From a bacterium (GTDB lineage: Bacteria; Acidobacteriota; Terriglobia; Bryobacterales; Bryobacteraceae): a stretch of 64,000 nt of DNA. The position numbers were made by a program, and so were the translations under genes. Shown in pieces: positions 8,046 to 17,283 of this stretch; the first letter of the stretch is position 1, and every line of letters begins with the position of its first letter. Location of the stretch: contig JBLNBX010000206.1 of NCBI GenBank assembly GCA_050260275.1, forward strand, positions 40,653 to 104,652. The letters are read 5' to 3'. The notes beneath the pieces are model-generated. The model ran no database searches. It was not told the origin of the DNA and was given only the letters and a program-made list of their open reading frames with translations.

Positions 8046-9221
8046 CTACTTCTTCCGGCGCTGCTGTTTCTTCTGGGCTTCCCGTTCCTGGCGCTTCTGC
8101 TCCTCGGGGCTGACGTACGTGGTCTGCACCGTGGACTGAATCGTCTGGATCATCGCCCTGGCCGGCTCTGCATTCGGGCCGTTGGGGGCCAACGAGAGAT
8201 ATTTCTCGAAGTACTCCTGGGTTCCCTCGGGCGGAACGATCTTGCCATCCGCCGTCGTAGTCGCCTTTCCCATGAGGTAGACGCCGTACTGATAGTACGC
8301 TTCGGCGTAGTTCGGGTCGGCTTCGATGGCCCGCTTGAACGCCGCGCCTGACGGCTCGAGCTGGCCGGAGTTTACGTACAGCGCTCCGAGGTTGAAGAAG
8401 AACTTGCCTGCCTGCGCCGGGTCGAGCTGCGCGGCTTTCTCGAGTTCGGCCTGCGCTTCATCGAACCTCTTCGCCGTGGCCAGCGCCAGGGCGTAGTTGT
8501 TGTGGTAGCCGCCGTCCTGAGGCGCAAGCTCGATCGCCTTTTGCCAGTTCGCAAGCGAGCCCTCGATCGCCGCCTGCTGCTCCTGGCCGGACTTGGTCTT
8601 GGAAAGCTGCAGGTAGGCGTCCGCGAGGTTCGCCCAGATAACGTGCTGCTTGGGATCGATCTCGCCGGCTTTCTCGAAGTTCTCGACCGCAACGTCGAAC
8701 TGCTTCGCTTGCAGAGCGGCCATGCCGGCGTTGAACGCATCGTTGAGGGCCTTGTTCTTAGCCAGCGCCGCCTGTCGCTCCTTTACCTGCTTCTCGAGCT
8801 GGGCACGCTGCTCGGGGGACAACTGTCTCCGCTGTTCCTCCGTTAGCTGGCCCGTCTCGGCCGCCCTGGCGAGGGCCTCACGCCTGGCCTTCGCTTGCTG
8901 AAGATCGAAATTTACAACCTGGGGCTCGCCAAGAGTCGTCTTCACAGGGCCGACTCTGTCGACCTCTACACCATTCACCTCGACGGACACTGTGTAGATA
9001 CCCAACGGAAGCCCGCCGTGGTAGAATTCGCCGCGCCTCCCGGTCTTGCACTGATAGTTCGCTTTGATGTCTGTGCGCGTGAGCTTGATAATCGCGTCCC
9101 GCAGGCCCTTGCCGTCCTCGCCCTTTACCGTGCCGCTGATGGCGGTGGTCTGAGCCAGCGATACGCCGGCCAACAGCACCACGAGGAGCCCCACCAGCGC
9201 TATCGTCCTGCTCTTAACCAT
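8046..9221 (-). CDS. Exported CarboxypepD_reg-like domain plus TPR-repeat protein
   Basis: Signal peptide, then ISGTVKGEDGKGLRDAIIKLTRTD...GLPLGIYTVSVEVNG (carboxypeptidase-regulatory-like fold). This is followed by TPR-like repeats and a Lys/Arg/Gln-rich tail. Confidence 0.75.
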   Translation of the reverse strand: MVKSRTIALVGLLVVLLAGVSLAQTTAISGTVKGEDGKGLRDAIIKLTRTDIKANYQCKTGRRGEFYHGGLPLGIYTVSVEVNGVEVDRVGPVKTTLGEPQVVNFDLQQAKARREALARAAETGQLTEEQRRQLSPEQRAQLEKQVKERQAALAKNKALNDAFNAGMAALQAKQFDVAVENFEKAGEIDPKQHVIWANLADAYLQLSKTKSGQEQQAAIEGSLANWQKAIELAPQDGGYHNNYALALATAKRFDEAQAELEKAAQLDPAQAGKFFFNLGALYVNSGQLEPSGAAFKRAIEADPNYAEAYYQYGVYLMGKATTTADGKIVPPEGTQEYFEKYLSLAPNGPNAEPARAMIQTIQSTVQTTYVSPEEQKRQEREAQKKQQRRKK

Positions 9222-9377
9222 ACCGGACCTCCACGTCCTGTGTTGGATCGTAACCTCTGAGGATACTACAACCGATAACGCCGTTCATTACAATGGGGCG
9301 TGCCGGACCAGGATGCGGTTACGGTGTACCCAAACAACCGCTTTGCGCATCTACTGGTTGAGAGCTTGCCTTTAAAA

Positions 9378-10250
9378 ATGAACATCTTGGGGACGATGAG
9401 GATCGGCGCGGCGCTGCTGGCGGCAGCGCTTCCGGCGCTCCCGGGCGCCGACGGCGCGCTCGAACGCGCCCGCGAACAATACGAGAAGACCGACTATGCC
9501 GCGGCTCTGAAAACCCTCGATGCCATACCTCAAAAAGACGCGGCCGTCTACGAGCTCATCGGGAAATCGCTGTACATGCAAGGCGAGTTCAAGCGGGCGA
9601 GCCAGGCGTTCGAAAAGGCCGTGAAAGCCCAGCCGTCCAGTTCCACGCTCCAGAACTGGCTCGGCCGCGCCTACGGGCGAAGGGCGGAGACGGCCAGCTT
9701 CATATCAGCTCCCGGGCTCGCCTCCAAGGCCCGCGCCTGCTTCGAGCGCGCCGTTGAGCTGGATCCGAAGAACCTGGATGCCGTCAGCGACCTGTTCGAG
9801 TACTACCTGGAGGCCCCTGGGTTCATGGGCGGCGGGCTCGACAAGGCGGAGGCGCTGGCACGCCGCGTTCAATCCGTAAACCCGGCCGAGCATCACTACA
9901 TGCTGGCCAGAGTGGCTGAGAAGCGCAAGCAGTACCCGGCGGCGGAGGAGCAGCTCCGGCGCGCAATCCAGGCCGCGCCGAGGCAGGTGGGCCGCGTCCT
10001 CGATCTAGCGAAATTCCTCGCCCTGCGAGGCCGCACAGACGAGAGCGAGGCCGCCTTCAAGGAGGCCGAGCGCCTCGCGCCCGGCGCGCCCAAAGTGATG
10101 TTCGCGCGAGCTAACACCTACGTCCAGACCGGACGCAACCTTGATACGGCCCGCGCGCTTCTCCGGCAATATCTTCAGAGCCCGCTCACGCCTGATGACC
10201 CGCCCCGCAGCGAAGCGGAACGGCTTCTCAAGAAGCTGAGCGACAGCTAG
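9378..10250 (+). CDS. Exported TPR-repeat protein
   Basis: The internal Met at 9378 gives a signal peptide (MNILGTMRIGAALLAAALPALPG). Several TPR-like units follow (AAALKTLD..., FEKAVKAQPSSSTLQNWLGRAY, FERAVELDPKN). The ORF is open from the GTG at 9300. Confidence 0.7.
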   Translation: MNILGTMRIGAALLAAALPALPGADGALERAREQYEKTDYAAALKTLDAIPQKDAAVYELIGKSLYMQGEFKRASQAFEKAVKAQPSSSTLQNWLGRAYGRRAETASFISAPGLASKARACFERAVELDPKNLDAVSDLFEYYLEAPGFMGGGLDKAEALARRVQSVNPAEHHYMLARVAEKRKQYPAAEEQLRRAIQAAPRQVGRVLDLAKFLALRGRTDESEAAFKEAERLAPGAPKVMFARANTYVQTGRNLDTARALLRQYLQSPLTPDDPPRSEAERLLKKLSDS

Positions 10251-10298
10251 CGCCGCACGACGCGCCCGCGCGAGCGAGCCGCCTGCGCAGGCGTCGCC

Positions 10299-11234
10299 TC
10301 AGTGCGTTTCGTGCTCCCAGTGCCTCTCGCGCTCGTGGCGATGATTCGCCGCGGGAATGGGGCACCCCGGACAGTTGGCGTTTTCGAACTGAATTGTGGT
10401 GTGAACGATCGAGAAACGCCCGGCCAGCATATCGTTCAGGCGCTGAAGGATGGCCTCGCTCGCCGACGGCGGCACATCCTCAATCAGCGCGTGGCAACTG
10501 AGGGCGTGCGTGCGCGATCCCAGACTCCAGATATGCAGGTCGTGGCAGTCCAGGACTCCGTCCACTTCGCGGATCGCCTCGAGGACTTTTTGATACTCCA
10601 TGCCGCGCGGCAAGCCTTCAAGGAGGATGTTAAGCGTCTCCTTTATGACATCTAGAGCGGTCCAGATGATCAGCACAGCGATGAACGCGGAGAGCAGCGG
10701 GTCAACCCGCTGGTATCCCGTGTAGCGGATAGCTATCGCTCCGGCGATGATGGCGATCGAACCCAGCGCGTCGCTGAGCATATGCAGCCACGCGCTCCGG
10801 ATGTTCACGTCGTGCGCACGCGCCGAGCGCAGACCCAGCATGATGAAGACGTTCACGGCCAACCCGGCTCCGGCGACGGCGATCATGGTGAGTTCTCTCA
10901 CCGGCTCCGGCGCCATCCAGCGCTGCCAGCTCTCCCAGAGTATGTAGGCCGAGAGCGCCACCAGCACGAGGGCATTCACAAATGCGGCGAGCACGCCTGC
11001 GCGGTGATACCCGAACGTCTTAACTTCATCGGGCGGCTTGCGGGAGAAGTACACAGCGAGCCAGGCCAGGGCGAGGGCGAGCGCGTCCGTGAAGTTGTGG
11101 CCCGCGTCGGCGAGCAGCGCGAGGCTGCCCGCAAACAGGCCCGCCAGCGCCTCAACCGCGACGAACCCAAGGGTCAGCACAAGGGACCAGATCAGGAAGG
11201 TTCCCTTGTCCTCGCCGTGGTGGTGTGAATGCAA
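10299..11234 (-). CDS. Cation diffusion facilitator (CDF) family divalent-metal efflux transporter
   Basis: CDF motifs SLALLADAGHNFTDAL, FGYHRAGVLAAF, WLHMLSDALGS and a C-terminal CHDLHIWSL domain, with His-rich ends. The ORF is open to 11456 but overlaps the upstream gene. A TTG at 11234 preceded by agagagg is the likely start. Confidence 0.9.
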   Translation of the reverse strand: MHSHHHGEDKGTFLIWSLVLTLGFVAVEALAGLFAGSLALLADAGHNFTDALALALAWLAVYFSRKPPDEVKTFGYHRAGVLAAFVNALVLVALSAYILWESWQRWMAPEPVRELTMIAVAGAGLAVNVFIMLGLRSARAHDVNIRSAWLHMLSDALGSIAIIAGAIAIRYTGYQRVDPLLSAFIAVLIIWTALDVIKETLNILLEGLPRGMEYQKVLEAIREVDGVLDCHDLHIWSLGSRTHALSCHALIEDVPPSASEAILQRLNDMLAGRFSIVHTTIQFENANCPGCPIPAANHRHERERHWEHETH

Positions 11235-11245
11235 TATCGCCTCTC

Positions 11246-12748
11246 TTACCAGTTTAGTGGTGAAACGGAGGTGAAAACCGTACGGCGAGACCAGGATACG
11301 GTCACGGACGGCCCGCCGGGGAGGCGCACCGCGGCCTGAAGCCCGGGATCGGCCAGCCACGACGAAGGAGAGGGACCGCTCCAGGCGCGACCGGCATCGA
11401 TGAACGGCCCTGCGTAGAGCGTTACGAAACCCGCCTGCCACACCGCCGGAAGCCACTCGATGCTGGCGAGCGCGAACGAGCGCCCGATTGGGCCTGAGCC
11501 CTTTTTGCCGTCGCGCGTCGCGGAGCGGCCTCTCAGCCAGTGTTCCGTATCCCGATCCACCCCGAGCGTGAACAACTCATCGAACGGCGCTGCGCCCGAA
11601 ACCGCTCCGGCGCGAAAACGCGCGGCCAGACTGCGCCAGTTCGCGTCGATGCCGGCCTCCACTTTCCCGAAGAGCGGCGCGCCATCTTCGAACATCCGGC
11701 CGAGCGCTCCGGAGAGCGAACCCGAGACGGAGAGCTGCCGCCACGAGATGGCGAGCAGTTCGCGCCTAACGGCGCCGCGTGCCTGAAGCGCGAAGCCCTC
11801 GTGCGGAGAGCCGTCCAGCGGGATGGGCGCGGTGCGGCTCGACACGCTGGCGCCGGCCGACCACTCGGTTCCGCCCTCGGTCAGGCGCAGCAGATCGAGC
11901 GAGGACTCGATCTTCCTCAGGTTGAACTCGCCCGCGCCGGGAACGTTCCAGTTCTCGTCTCGAGCGTCCGTGCGGAGCCGGACGCGCCACGCCGGGTCGC
12001 CTGCGAGCGGGGCCGAAAACCCAACGGCCGCGCGCCGCTTGTTGCCGTCCCACCTGAGCATCGACGCGAGGCTCGCGCCCGATCCGCGGATGTCCGGCAG
12101 TTCCGCATAGACAGTCTCGAAAGCCAGGCCGCGCGCCAGCGATAGCCAGCCCGCGCTCCGCTCCTGCGCGCGCACGACGGCATCGAACGCCCCGTCGTCG
12201 CGGCTCGACAGGCCGATCGTGCTGTCTGTGAACAACCCCAGGAAGTTGAGACGCCTGCGAGTGGCCCGGTACTGGTCGACGAGCAGCACTTCGGAGGGAG
12301 CGAACGCCAAGGCGCGGTCGGCCAGAACAGGGTCGAGCCGCGGCTCTGGTTCCCAGCGCACGGACTCGATGCGGGGTCGCCTGGCGCGATTCCAATGTAC
12401 GAGCGCGGCTTCGGTATTTCCATCGAGGAAGTAGATGGTGCCGAGAAACTCGTTGGCGTACTCGTCCGCCGGATCGAGCGTGAGGGCGCGGCGCAGGTGG
12501 GCCGCGGCGCGGGAGCGCGAACCCTCGCGGTACGCCACCCCGGCCAGTTCGATCGGGAACCGCTTGTCGCGCGGAGCTTTGGCCGCCCCCGACTCGAAGG
12601 CGGCGCGGGCCTCTGCCCAGCGGCCCTGGCGCGCCAGCGCCATGCCGCGCACGTAATCCGCGCTCGCCGAAACCGCCCACCAGGCGATAAGCGGGATGAT
12701 TGCGATGGGGCTCACGGCGAGTCTGCGGGAACGGCGAGCAGCGTCCAA
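11246..12748 (-). CDS. TPR-containing putative outer-membrane beta-barrel protein
   Basis: Signal/TM-like N-terminus and TPR units (ALARQGRWAEARAAFESG..., LRRALTLDPADEYANEFLG). The C-terminal 300 aa have an alternating beta-strand-like pattern and end in ...TSVSPLNW, a terminal aromatic residue typical of OMPs. Confidence 0.6.
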   Translation of the reverse strand: MDAARRSRRLAVSPIAIIPLIAWWAVSASADYVRGMALARQGRWAEARAAFESGAAKAPRDKRFPIELAGVAYREGSRSRAAAHLRRALTLDPADEYANEFLGTIYFLDGNTEAALVHWNRARRPRIESVRWEPEPRLDPVLADRALAFAPSEVLLVDQYRATRRRLNFLGLFTDSTIGLSSRDDGAFDAVVRAQERSAGWLSLARGLAFETVYAELPDIRGSGASLASMLRWDGNKRRAAVGFSAPLAGDPAWRVRLRTDARDENWNVPGAGEFNLRKIESSLDLLRLTEGGTEWSAGASVSSRTAPIPLDGSPHEGFALQARGAVRRELLAISWRQLSVSGSLSGALGRMFEDGAPLFGKVEAGIDANWRSLAARFRAGAVSGAAPFDELFTLGVDRDTEHWLRGRSATRDGKKGSGPIGRSFALASIEWLPAVWQAGFVTLYAGPFIDAGRAWSGPSPSSWLADPGLQAAVRLPGGPSVTVSWSRRTVFTSVSPLNW

Positions 12749-13194
12749 CGTTCGTGCCAGCGCTTTTCAAAGTCGCGGCGCGACATGCGCAGGAGCTTTC
12801 GCCTGGCGGGGTCGTTTACGAACGCATAGCCCTCCGCGACCCCCGCGACCACAACGTAGTGCAGGGCACGCCCATCGCGCAAGGCTACGATCAGCGGCCG
12901 GCCTTTCGCGATATGGCCGGCCAGGCTGTTCCAATCGCCCTCAAACGTGAACGCGCGGAAGCCCTGGCGCTTGAGGTACTGCTGCATGTCCGACGCGCGT
13001 ATGCCGCGCTCTTCCGGGGAGTACAACTCGCGAAGGATCGCGCCCGCATCCGCCGGCCTGCCCCAGTACCCCAGCACCATCGCGATCGATGCAGCGCCGC
13101 AGCCCTCGCGGGACTGGCGGACAAACGGAACGTCCAGCCACGGCCCGGAAGGAGCCGCCACGAGCAGCGCTACGATCGCCAGTGCGTCACGCAA
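12712..13194 (-). CDS. C39-like (papain-fold) cysteine peptidase domain protein, exported
   Basis: VPFVRQSREGCGAASIAMVLGYWG supplies the Gln and Cys of C39 peptidases. ALHYVVVAGVAEGYAFVNDP supplies the His/Asp block. A signal-like N-terminus is present. Confidence 0.75.
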   Translation of the reverse strand: MRDALAIVALLVAAPSGPWLDVPFVRQSREGCGAASIAMVLGYWGRPADAGAILRELYSPEERGIRASDMQQYLKRQGFRAFTFEGDWNSLAGHIAKGRPLIVALRDGRALHYVVVAGVAEGYAFVNDPARRKLLRMSRRDFEKRWHERWTLLAVPADSP

Positions 13195-13561
13195 GGATGG
13201 CTACGACTACGATAAGGATCGTGCCCAGAATGATGTAGGTGACCTGCGAGTTGGTCAGGCGCCCGGCCGCGAAGTCGTTCTGGATCTTCTCGGATTTCGC
13301 GGCTAGAGAGGCCAGTTCCTCATCGCTGAGCGACGCGATCGCCGTGTCGATCTTGCCAGCGTTGAGGCGGGCCTTGCTCAGGGCCTCCTGCGCAGTGCCG
13401 GACTTCAGGAAGCTCCGGACCTTTTCGGCGTTGCGCTGGCGGGCAGCGCCGGCCGCCTGGACATCGCTCCTCAGCTCGCCCGGCGAGACGACATGCTGCT
13501 GTGCGGCCAGCAGCGCCGGGAGAACGAATGCGGATACAAGTACAGCCAGGAATTTACGCAC
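13187..13561 (-). CDS. Small exported protein with C-terminal membrane anchor (PA2779-like, tentative)
   Basis: 124 aa: signal peptide (MRKFLAVLVSAFVLPALLAAQ), a helical Ala/Glu/Lys-rich middle and a C-terminal TM (VTYIILGTILIVVVAILA). It overlaps the C39 gene start by 8 nt. Confidence 0.55.
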   Translation of the reverse strand: MRKFLAVLVSAFVLPALLAAQQHVVSPGELRSDVQAAGAARQRNAEKVRSFLKSGTAQEALSKARLNAGKIDTAIASLSDEELASLAAKSEKIQNDFAAGRLTNSQVTYIILGTILIVVVAILA

Positions 13562-13725
13562 GGGACCTCCTCCTGTTCACCACCACTATAACGAGGAACC
13601 TCCGGCCGCGAATCCGCTCAATGGCGGGCTCGACCGAGGTTAGGCGCGGGCCGACCCCGGTTATGCGCGGGCCTGAGGCCGGACATCTCTGAGGCCATGC
13701 TACACTGGATAACGCCTGCTGGCGT

Positions 13726-13802
13726 GGTGGGTGTAGCTCAGGTGGTAGAGCGTCGGATTGTGGTTCCGAATGTCGTGGGTTCGAATCCCATCACCCACCC
13801 CA
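13726..13802 (+). tRNA. tRNA-His (anticodon GTG) with genome-encoded G-1 and CCA
   Basis: Hand-folded. Elements in order: G-1, acceptor gtgggtg/cacccac, D arm gctc-aggtggta-gagc, anticodon arm tcgga-ttGTGgt-tccga, variable loop atgtc, T arm gtggg-ttcgaat-cccat, discriminator C, CCA. Confidence 0.95.
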
Positions 13803-14137
13803 CTCACAGCCCGTCCGTTCCGGCCACCAGAACCGAGACTTCGGGGCTCTACGCCGACGATGGGGGACAGACCCCCGCGCCATCTCCTGGCTCCACGGCT
13901 CCGCCGGGCCTCTGACCCCGCCTCAGCGAAGCACAGGCCCTACGCAAACATCGTGTGCCCCACGCCAATAATGGTGGGCGGACACCCAATCTGAGGCTTC
14001 ACACCACCGCTCAGTTTCAGAGCCATCTCACCTCGATGCGCCCAATGGTTTCCGAAGTTGCGGAGGACGCGGGCGGGGGCTCAGTATTCCAGCTACGCTA
14101 GCCCGAGGCGAACTCGAAACGCGCCGCGCGTTCCGCG

Positions 14138-14767
14138 CTACAACACGGCCTCAATAGAGCTCGCGCCACGTATGCCGATGGCCATGATCTGGATAGCTAG
14201 CGCCACCTGCAGGAAAAGCAGGACGCCGCCCACGATTCGAAAGATCAGGAGCACCCCCGGGATCGCGACGATGGCGTCATTGAAGAGCATCACCAGGTAA
14301 TCAAGCACCAAGATGCTCGCGAGGCTTACCACTATTGCCAGCCACATGCCGGGATAGCCACCGGCGAGCATGATGAAGATCAGGATGGCCGCGATGCCCG
14401 CGGGTGGCACGATGGTGGGCATTGCGAGCGGCGAAACGGCGAGTTGGAGGGCGGAAGGCCGGACCGCGGGCATTTCCGGCGGCCGCGGGTGCGCAAACAT
14501 CACGTGCAGCGCGGCGATGAGGAGCACGAGGCCCCCGGCGATCCTGAGCGCACTAAGCGAGATGTGGTACTTCAGGACGAAGGTCTGGCCGGCCAGAGCG
14601 ACGAACGCGGCGATCCCCAGGGCGAACGCCGCGCCCCACCCCGCCAGTGCCCGCTTGTACCGCGCATCCGCGCCTTGAGTAAGCTGCGCAAACGCCGGGA
14701 TGATCTTCACCGGGCCCAGCAGGATAAAGAAGGCAGTGAAAACCAGCGAGAAATTCTGCATGCCCAT
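14138..14767 (-). CDS. MarC-family integral membrane protein (UPF0056)
   Basis: 209 aa, multi-TM, with the N-terminal pattern FTAFFILLGPVKIIPAF typical of the MarC family. Confidence 0.85.
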   Translation of the reverse strand: MGMQNFSLVFTAFFILLGPVKIIPAFAQLTQGADARYKRALAGWGAAFALGIAAFVALAGQTFVLKYHISLSALRIAGGLVLLIAALHVMFAHPRPPEMPAVRPSALQLAVSPLAMPTIVPPAGIAAILIFIMLAGGYPGMWLAIVVSLASILVLDYLVMLFNDAIVAIPGVLLIFRIVGGVLLFLQVALAIQIMAIGIRGASSIEAVL

Positions 14768-15070
14768 CCGCCACGCGGCTCCTCACGACTCGCGTGCGGA
14801 CCTACCCCGGCCGGCAACGCACGCTGCAGTCATACCGCCACCAGCGGACGCAGCTCGAACCTGAGCCCGGTGAACCTACCATCAATTGTAATTCGGAGCG
14901 CAGCGGCAAGAGAGTAACTTACTGGTGAGCCACTCCGCTTAGGATAGCGCGCTATAGATTCCGGTGATCCGGCTTACCCGGTATTCTAAGTTAAGTAGGA
15001 TTGGGTTCAACAGAAAACGGAACGCCCGGGAGGCGCAACCGGAGCATTCCCGGCCGGAGGGGATATCGAG

Positions 15071-15742
15071 ATGCCGGAAAACAACCTGCCCCCGGGCCCT
15101 CCAGTTGTTGTCCCGGCCCACCGGACGATCGATTGGAACTGGTGGACCGATTTTGTCTCCGCAGCCCTGCTCGGATTGGCTGCCGTCGCGGCCGGTTGGG
15201 CAGCATATCAATCGTCGCTATGGAACAGCGACAGCATCTTTTCTCTCAATGACGCGAATGAAATCTCCCGGAACGCTGCGGCACTCGAATCGAAGTCCCT
15301 TCAGCAGGAGTCTGTGGATGTAGGAGTGTTTCTTCAATACATCCATGGGCTCATCAGCAGGGATAAAAAGCTCGCCGCTTTCATTTATCAAAGGGTAAGG
15401 CCCGAAATGAAGCCCGCGCTCGAAGCGTGGCTCTCGACCAGGCCGCTAACGAACCCAAACGCTCCGCCAACACCGTTTGCGATGGAGCAGTACCGGTTAA
15501 GCGCCAGAGCTGAAGCCGAGCGCCTCTCGCAGGTTTACGCGGCGTATCTGCGTAAGGCGCGTGCTGCCGATCTACTTTCCGATCGATACGTGCTGATGAC
15601 CATTCCGTTTGCGATAGTTTCCCTGCTCAGTGGACTTTCCACCAGATTCGCCTCAGCCGGCGTGCGGCTCGGCCTGGTGGCTCTTGCGCTCGCGGTATTC
15701 CTCTTCGGAGCGATCCAACTGGGAATTATGCCGCGAGCCTAG
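15071..15742 (+). CDS. Hypothetical membrane protein
   Basis: 223 aa with one TM near residue 30 (FVSAALLGLAAVAAGWAAY), two more at the C-terminus and a helical soluble middle. No family assigned with confidence. Confidence 0.55.
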   Translation: MPENNLPPGPPVVVPAHRTIDWNWWTDFVSAALLGLAAVAAGWAAYQSSLWNSDSIFSLNDANEISRNAAALESKSLQQESVDVGVFLQYIHGLISRDKKLAAFIYQRVRPEMKPALEAWLSTRPLTNPNAPPTPFAMEQYRLSARAEAERLSQVYAAYLRKARAADLLSDRYVLMTIPFAIVSLLSGLSTRFASAGVRLGLVALALAVFLFGAIQLGIMPRA

Positions 15743-16082
15743 GACCCGGCTAGAAAAGGGTGCGCCTGAGGTACGTCCCGTCCCTCTGCAGCCTTACTTC
15801 CAACCAAAATGCGTTTCGGCGACGGCCTCAGCACCACTCGATCTGCTGCCTGGAGGCTGCGGCAAGCGCCTCGGCAACCAATGCACACTGCTCCCGCAGC
15901 TTCGGAATCCGCAGGAGGCTGAATGCTGCACAGCCGAGCACAACCACGAGTCCCCTCGGCCGTTTCTGGAGGCGCGATGCCACCCAATCGGATCTCTGCA
16001 CGAGCGTCCGGCGCAGAGTCCACGTTTCGGGGTGTTTTTGTGTTGTGTTTTCCTACGGATGGGTTGGGAAACGTTGATGCAA

Positions 16083-16157
16083 TGGAGGCGCGGGGCGGAA
16101 TCGAACCGCCGTATAGGAGTTTTGCAGACTCCGGCCTTACCACTTGGCTACCGCGCC
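16083..16157 (-). tRNA. tRNA-Cys (anticodon GCA) with encoded CCA
   Basis: Hand-folded on the minus strand: acceptor ggcgcgg/ccgcgcc, anticodon arm ggagt-ctGCAaa-actcc, T arm ggcgg-ttcgatt-ccgcc, discriminator T, CCA. It lies 16 nt downstream of the glycosyltransferase stop. Confidence 0.95.
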
Positions 16158-16173
16158 CTGGCGGACAAAGGTA

Positions 16174-17283
16174 TTATACAGCGCGGCCAGAGCATTCGCA
16201 TAGTACTTCCGCGTACCTGCGCGCGACGACGTCCAGGCGATGGCGCGACGCGATGTGCTCCGCCGCACGGCGGCCGATCTCGGCGCGGGTGGAGGGCGAG
16301 GACGCGAGCAGGCTCATATACGCCGCCAGGTCCCGTTCCTCGCCAGGCCCGGCCTCCACCTTCAGGCAGGCGTTGTCCGGAAAGCCCGAGACCTCCTCGC
16401 CTGCGGTGACGATCACCGGCTTGGCGATGCCCATCATGTGAATGGAGATGCCGGACGTCTCGCCAGCCGACGGGTAGCGCAGGTTGACGCAGGCGTCGGT
16501 GGCGGCCGCCATCAGGTGGAACTCGCCCAGGGCAGCGTAGGGCCGCCGCAGGATCCCAGGCCGGCGCAACGAGGGCTCGAGCGCACGTTCGAGGTCCGGC
16601 GAGGCGAACCGGCCCGCGACGAGCAGGGCGGCGTCGATGCCGGCGGCCCGCACGCGTTCGAACGCGCCCAGGGCGGAGTGCAGCCGCTTAGACTCGCGCA
16701 GGTGGCCGAAGATGCCGAACAGGCATGCCGTAGGCGCGATGCCGTGCCGCTCGCGCCAGCGCAGGGCCGCGGCGGGGGGCAGCGGTGGAGGCGGCGCGAA
16801 CAGGTGGGGAATCTCGCGAACGGCAGCGCCGGGGGCGTGCTCGCGGACCATACGGGCCGCGGCCGGGTTGTGCACGATGACGGCGCGCGAGCACTCGCAG
16901 ATGCGGCGCAGCATTGGGTACCTGAAGTAGAGCGGGTCCGCCGCCGAGCGCGACCGCGCGTCCCAGAGCTCGCCCGCCAGGCCGCGGTGCCACTCGCCGT
17001 AGTTGTAGACGAACTCGTCGATGTACTCGGCGCGGCCGAGCGTTCCGAGGAAGAAGTGGTTGAGCACGGCGTCGTGCAGCACGACCACGCCCGGCGTTTC
17101 AAATGCGGCGCGGTAGATGAATCGGTGCAACTCGTTGTTTCCGAGGTGGTAAAGGGCCACGTCGGCTCCGGCGGCGTTCATTCGGACTTCGCAGTGCGCG
17201 CGCAACGCGGGGATGAGCGCGGCGGAGTAGGCCGCAACTCCGGTCGCGGCCGGAGGCAGGGGCGAAAAGTACCCGACGGTCAA
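16174..17283 (-). CDS. GT-B fold glycosyltransferase (family 1/4-like)
   Basis: N-terminal TVGYFSPLPPAATGVAAYS and a C-terminal GT1 block (LLVAGRF...DACVNLRYPSAGETSGISIHMMGIAKPVIVT). The likely start is the TTG at 17283, after ggagg; it overlaps the yggS TGA as TTGA. The ORF is open to 17460. Confidence 0.8.
   Translation of the reverse strand: MTVGYFSPLPPAATGVAAYSAALIPALRAHCEVRMNAAGADVALYHLGNNELHRFIYRAAFETPGVVVLHDAVLNHFFLGTLGRAEYIDEFVYNYGEWHRGLAGELWDARSRSAADPLYFRYPMLRRICECSRAVIVHNPAAARMVREHAPGAAVREIPHLFAPPPPLPPAAALRWRERHGIAPTACLFGIFGHLRESKRLHSALGAFERVRAAGIDAALLVAGRFASPDLERALEPSLRRPGILRRPYAALGEFHLMAAATDACVNLRYPSAGETSGISIHMMGIAKPVIVTAGEEVSGFPDNACLKVEAGPGEERDLAAYMSLLASSPSTRAEIGRRAAEHIASRHRLDVVARRYAEVLCECSGRAV

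Noticed and set aside
11235-11456. N-terminal 74-codon extension of the CDF transporter ORF
   Set aside because: It overlaps the 3' end of the upstream beta-barrel gene and is Arg-rich, non-membrane sequence. A TTG with an SD at 11234 gives a typical roughly 310-aa CDF protein.
13803-16082. Integrated mobile element or prophage remnant at the tRNA genes
   Set aside because: I found no integrase, transposase, phage gene or recognisable att direct repeat. Only a compositional dip and long gaps support the idea, so I reported it as a low-interest observation, not as a mobile element.
15630-16409. ORFs 15630..16409 (+), 15739..16143 (-), 15760..16077 (+) and 15923..16441 (+)
   Set aside because: They run across the tRNA-Cys gene and/or antisense to the glycosyltransferase, with low-complexity translations. 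A shorter minus-strand frame near 15800..15960 (…RLQKRPRGLVVVLGCAAFSLLRIPKLREQCALVAEALAAASRQQIEWC) looks slightly protein-like. It is under 60 aa, lacks an ATG or SD, and matches nothing I know.
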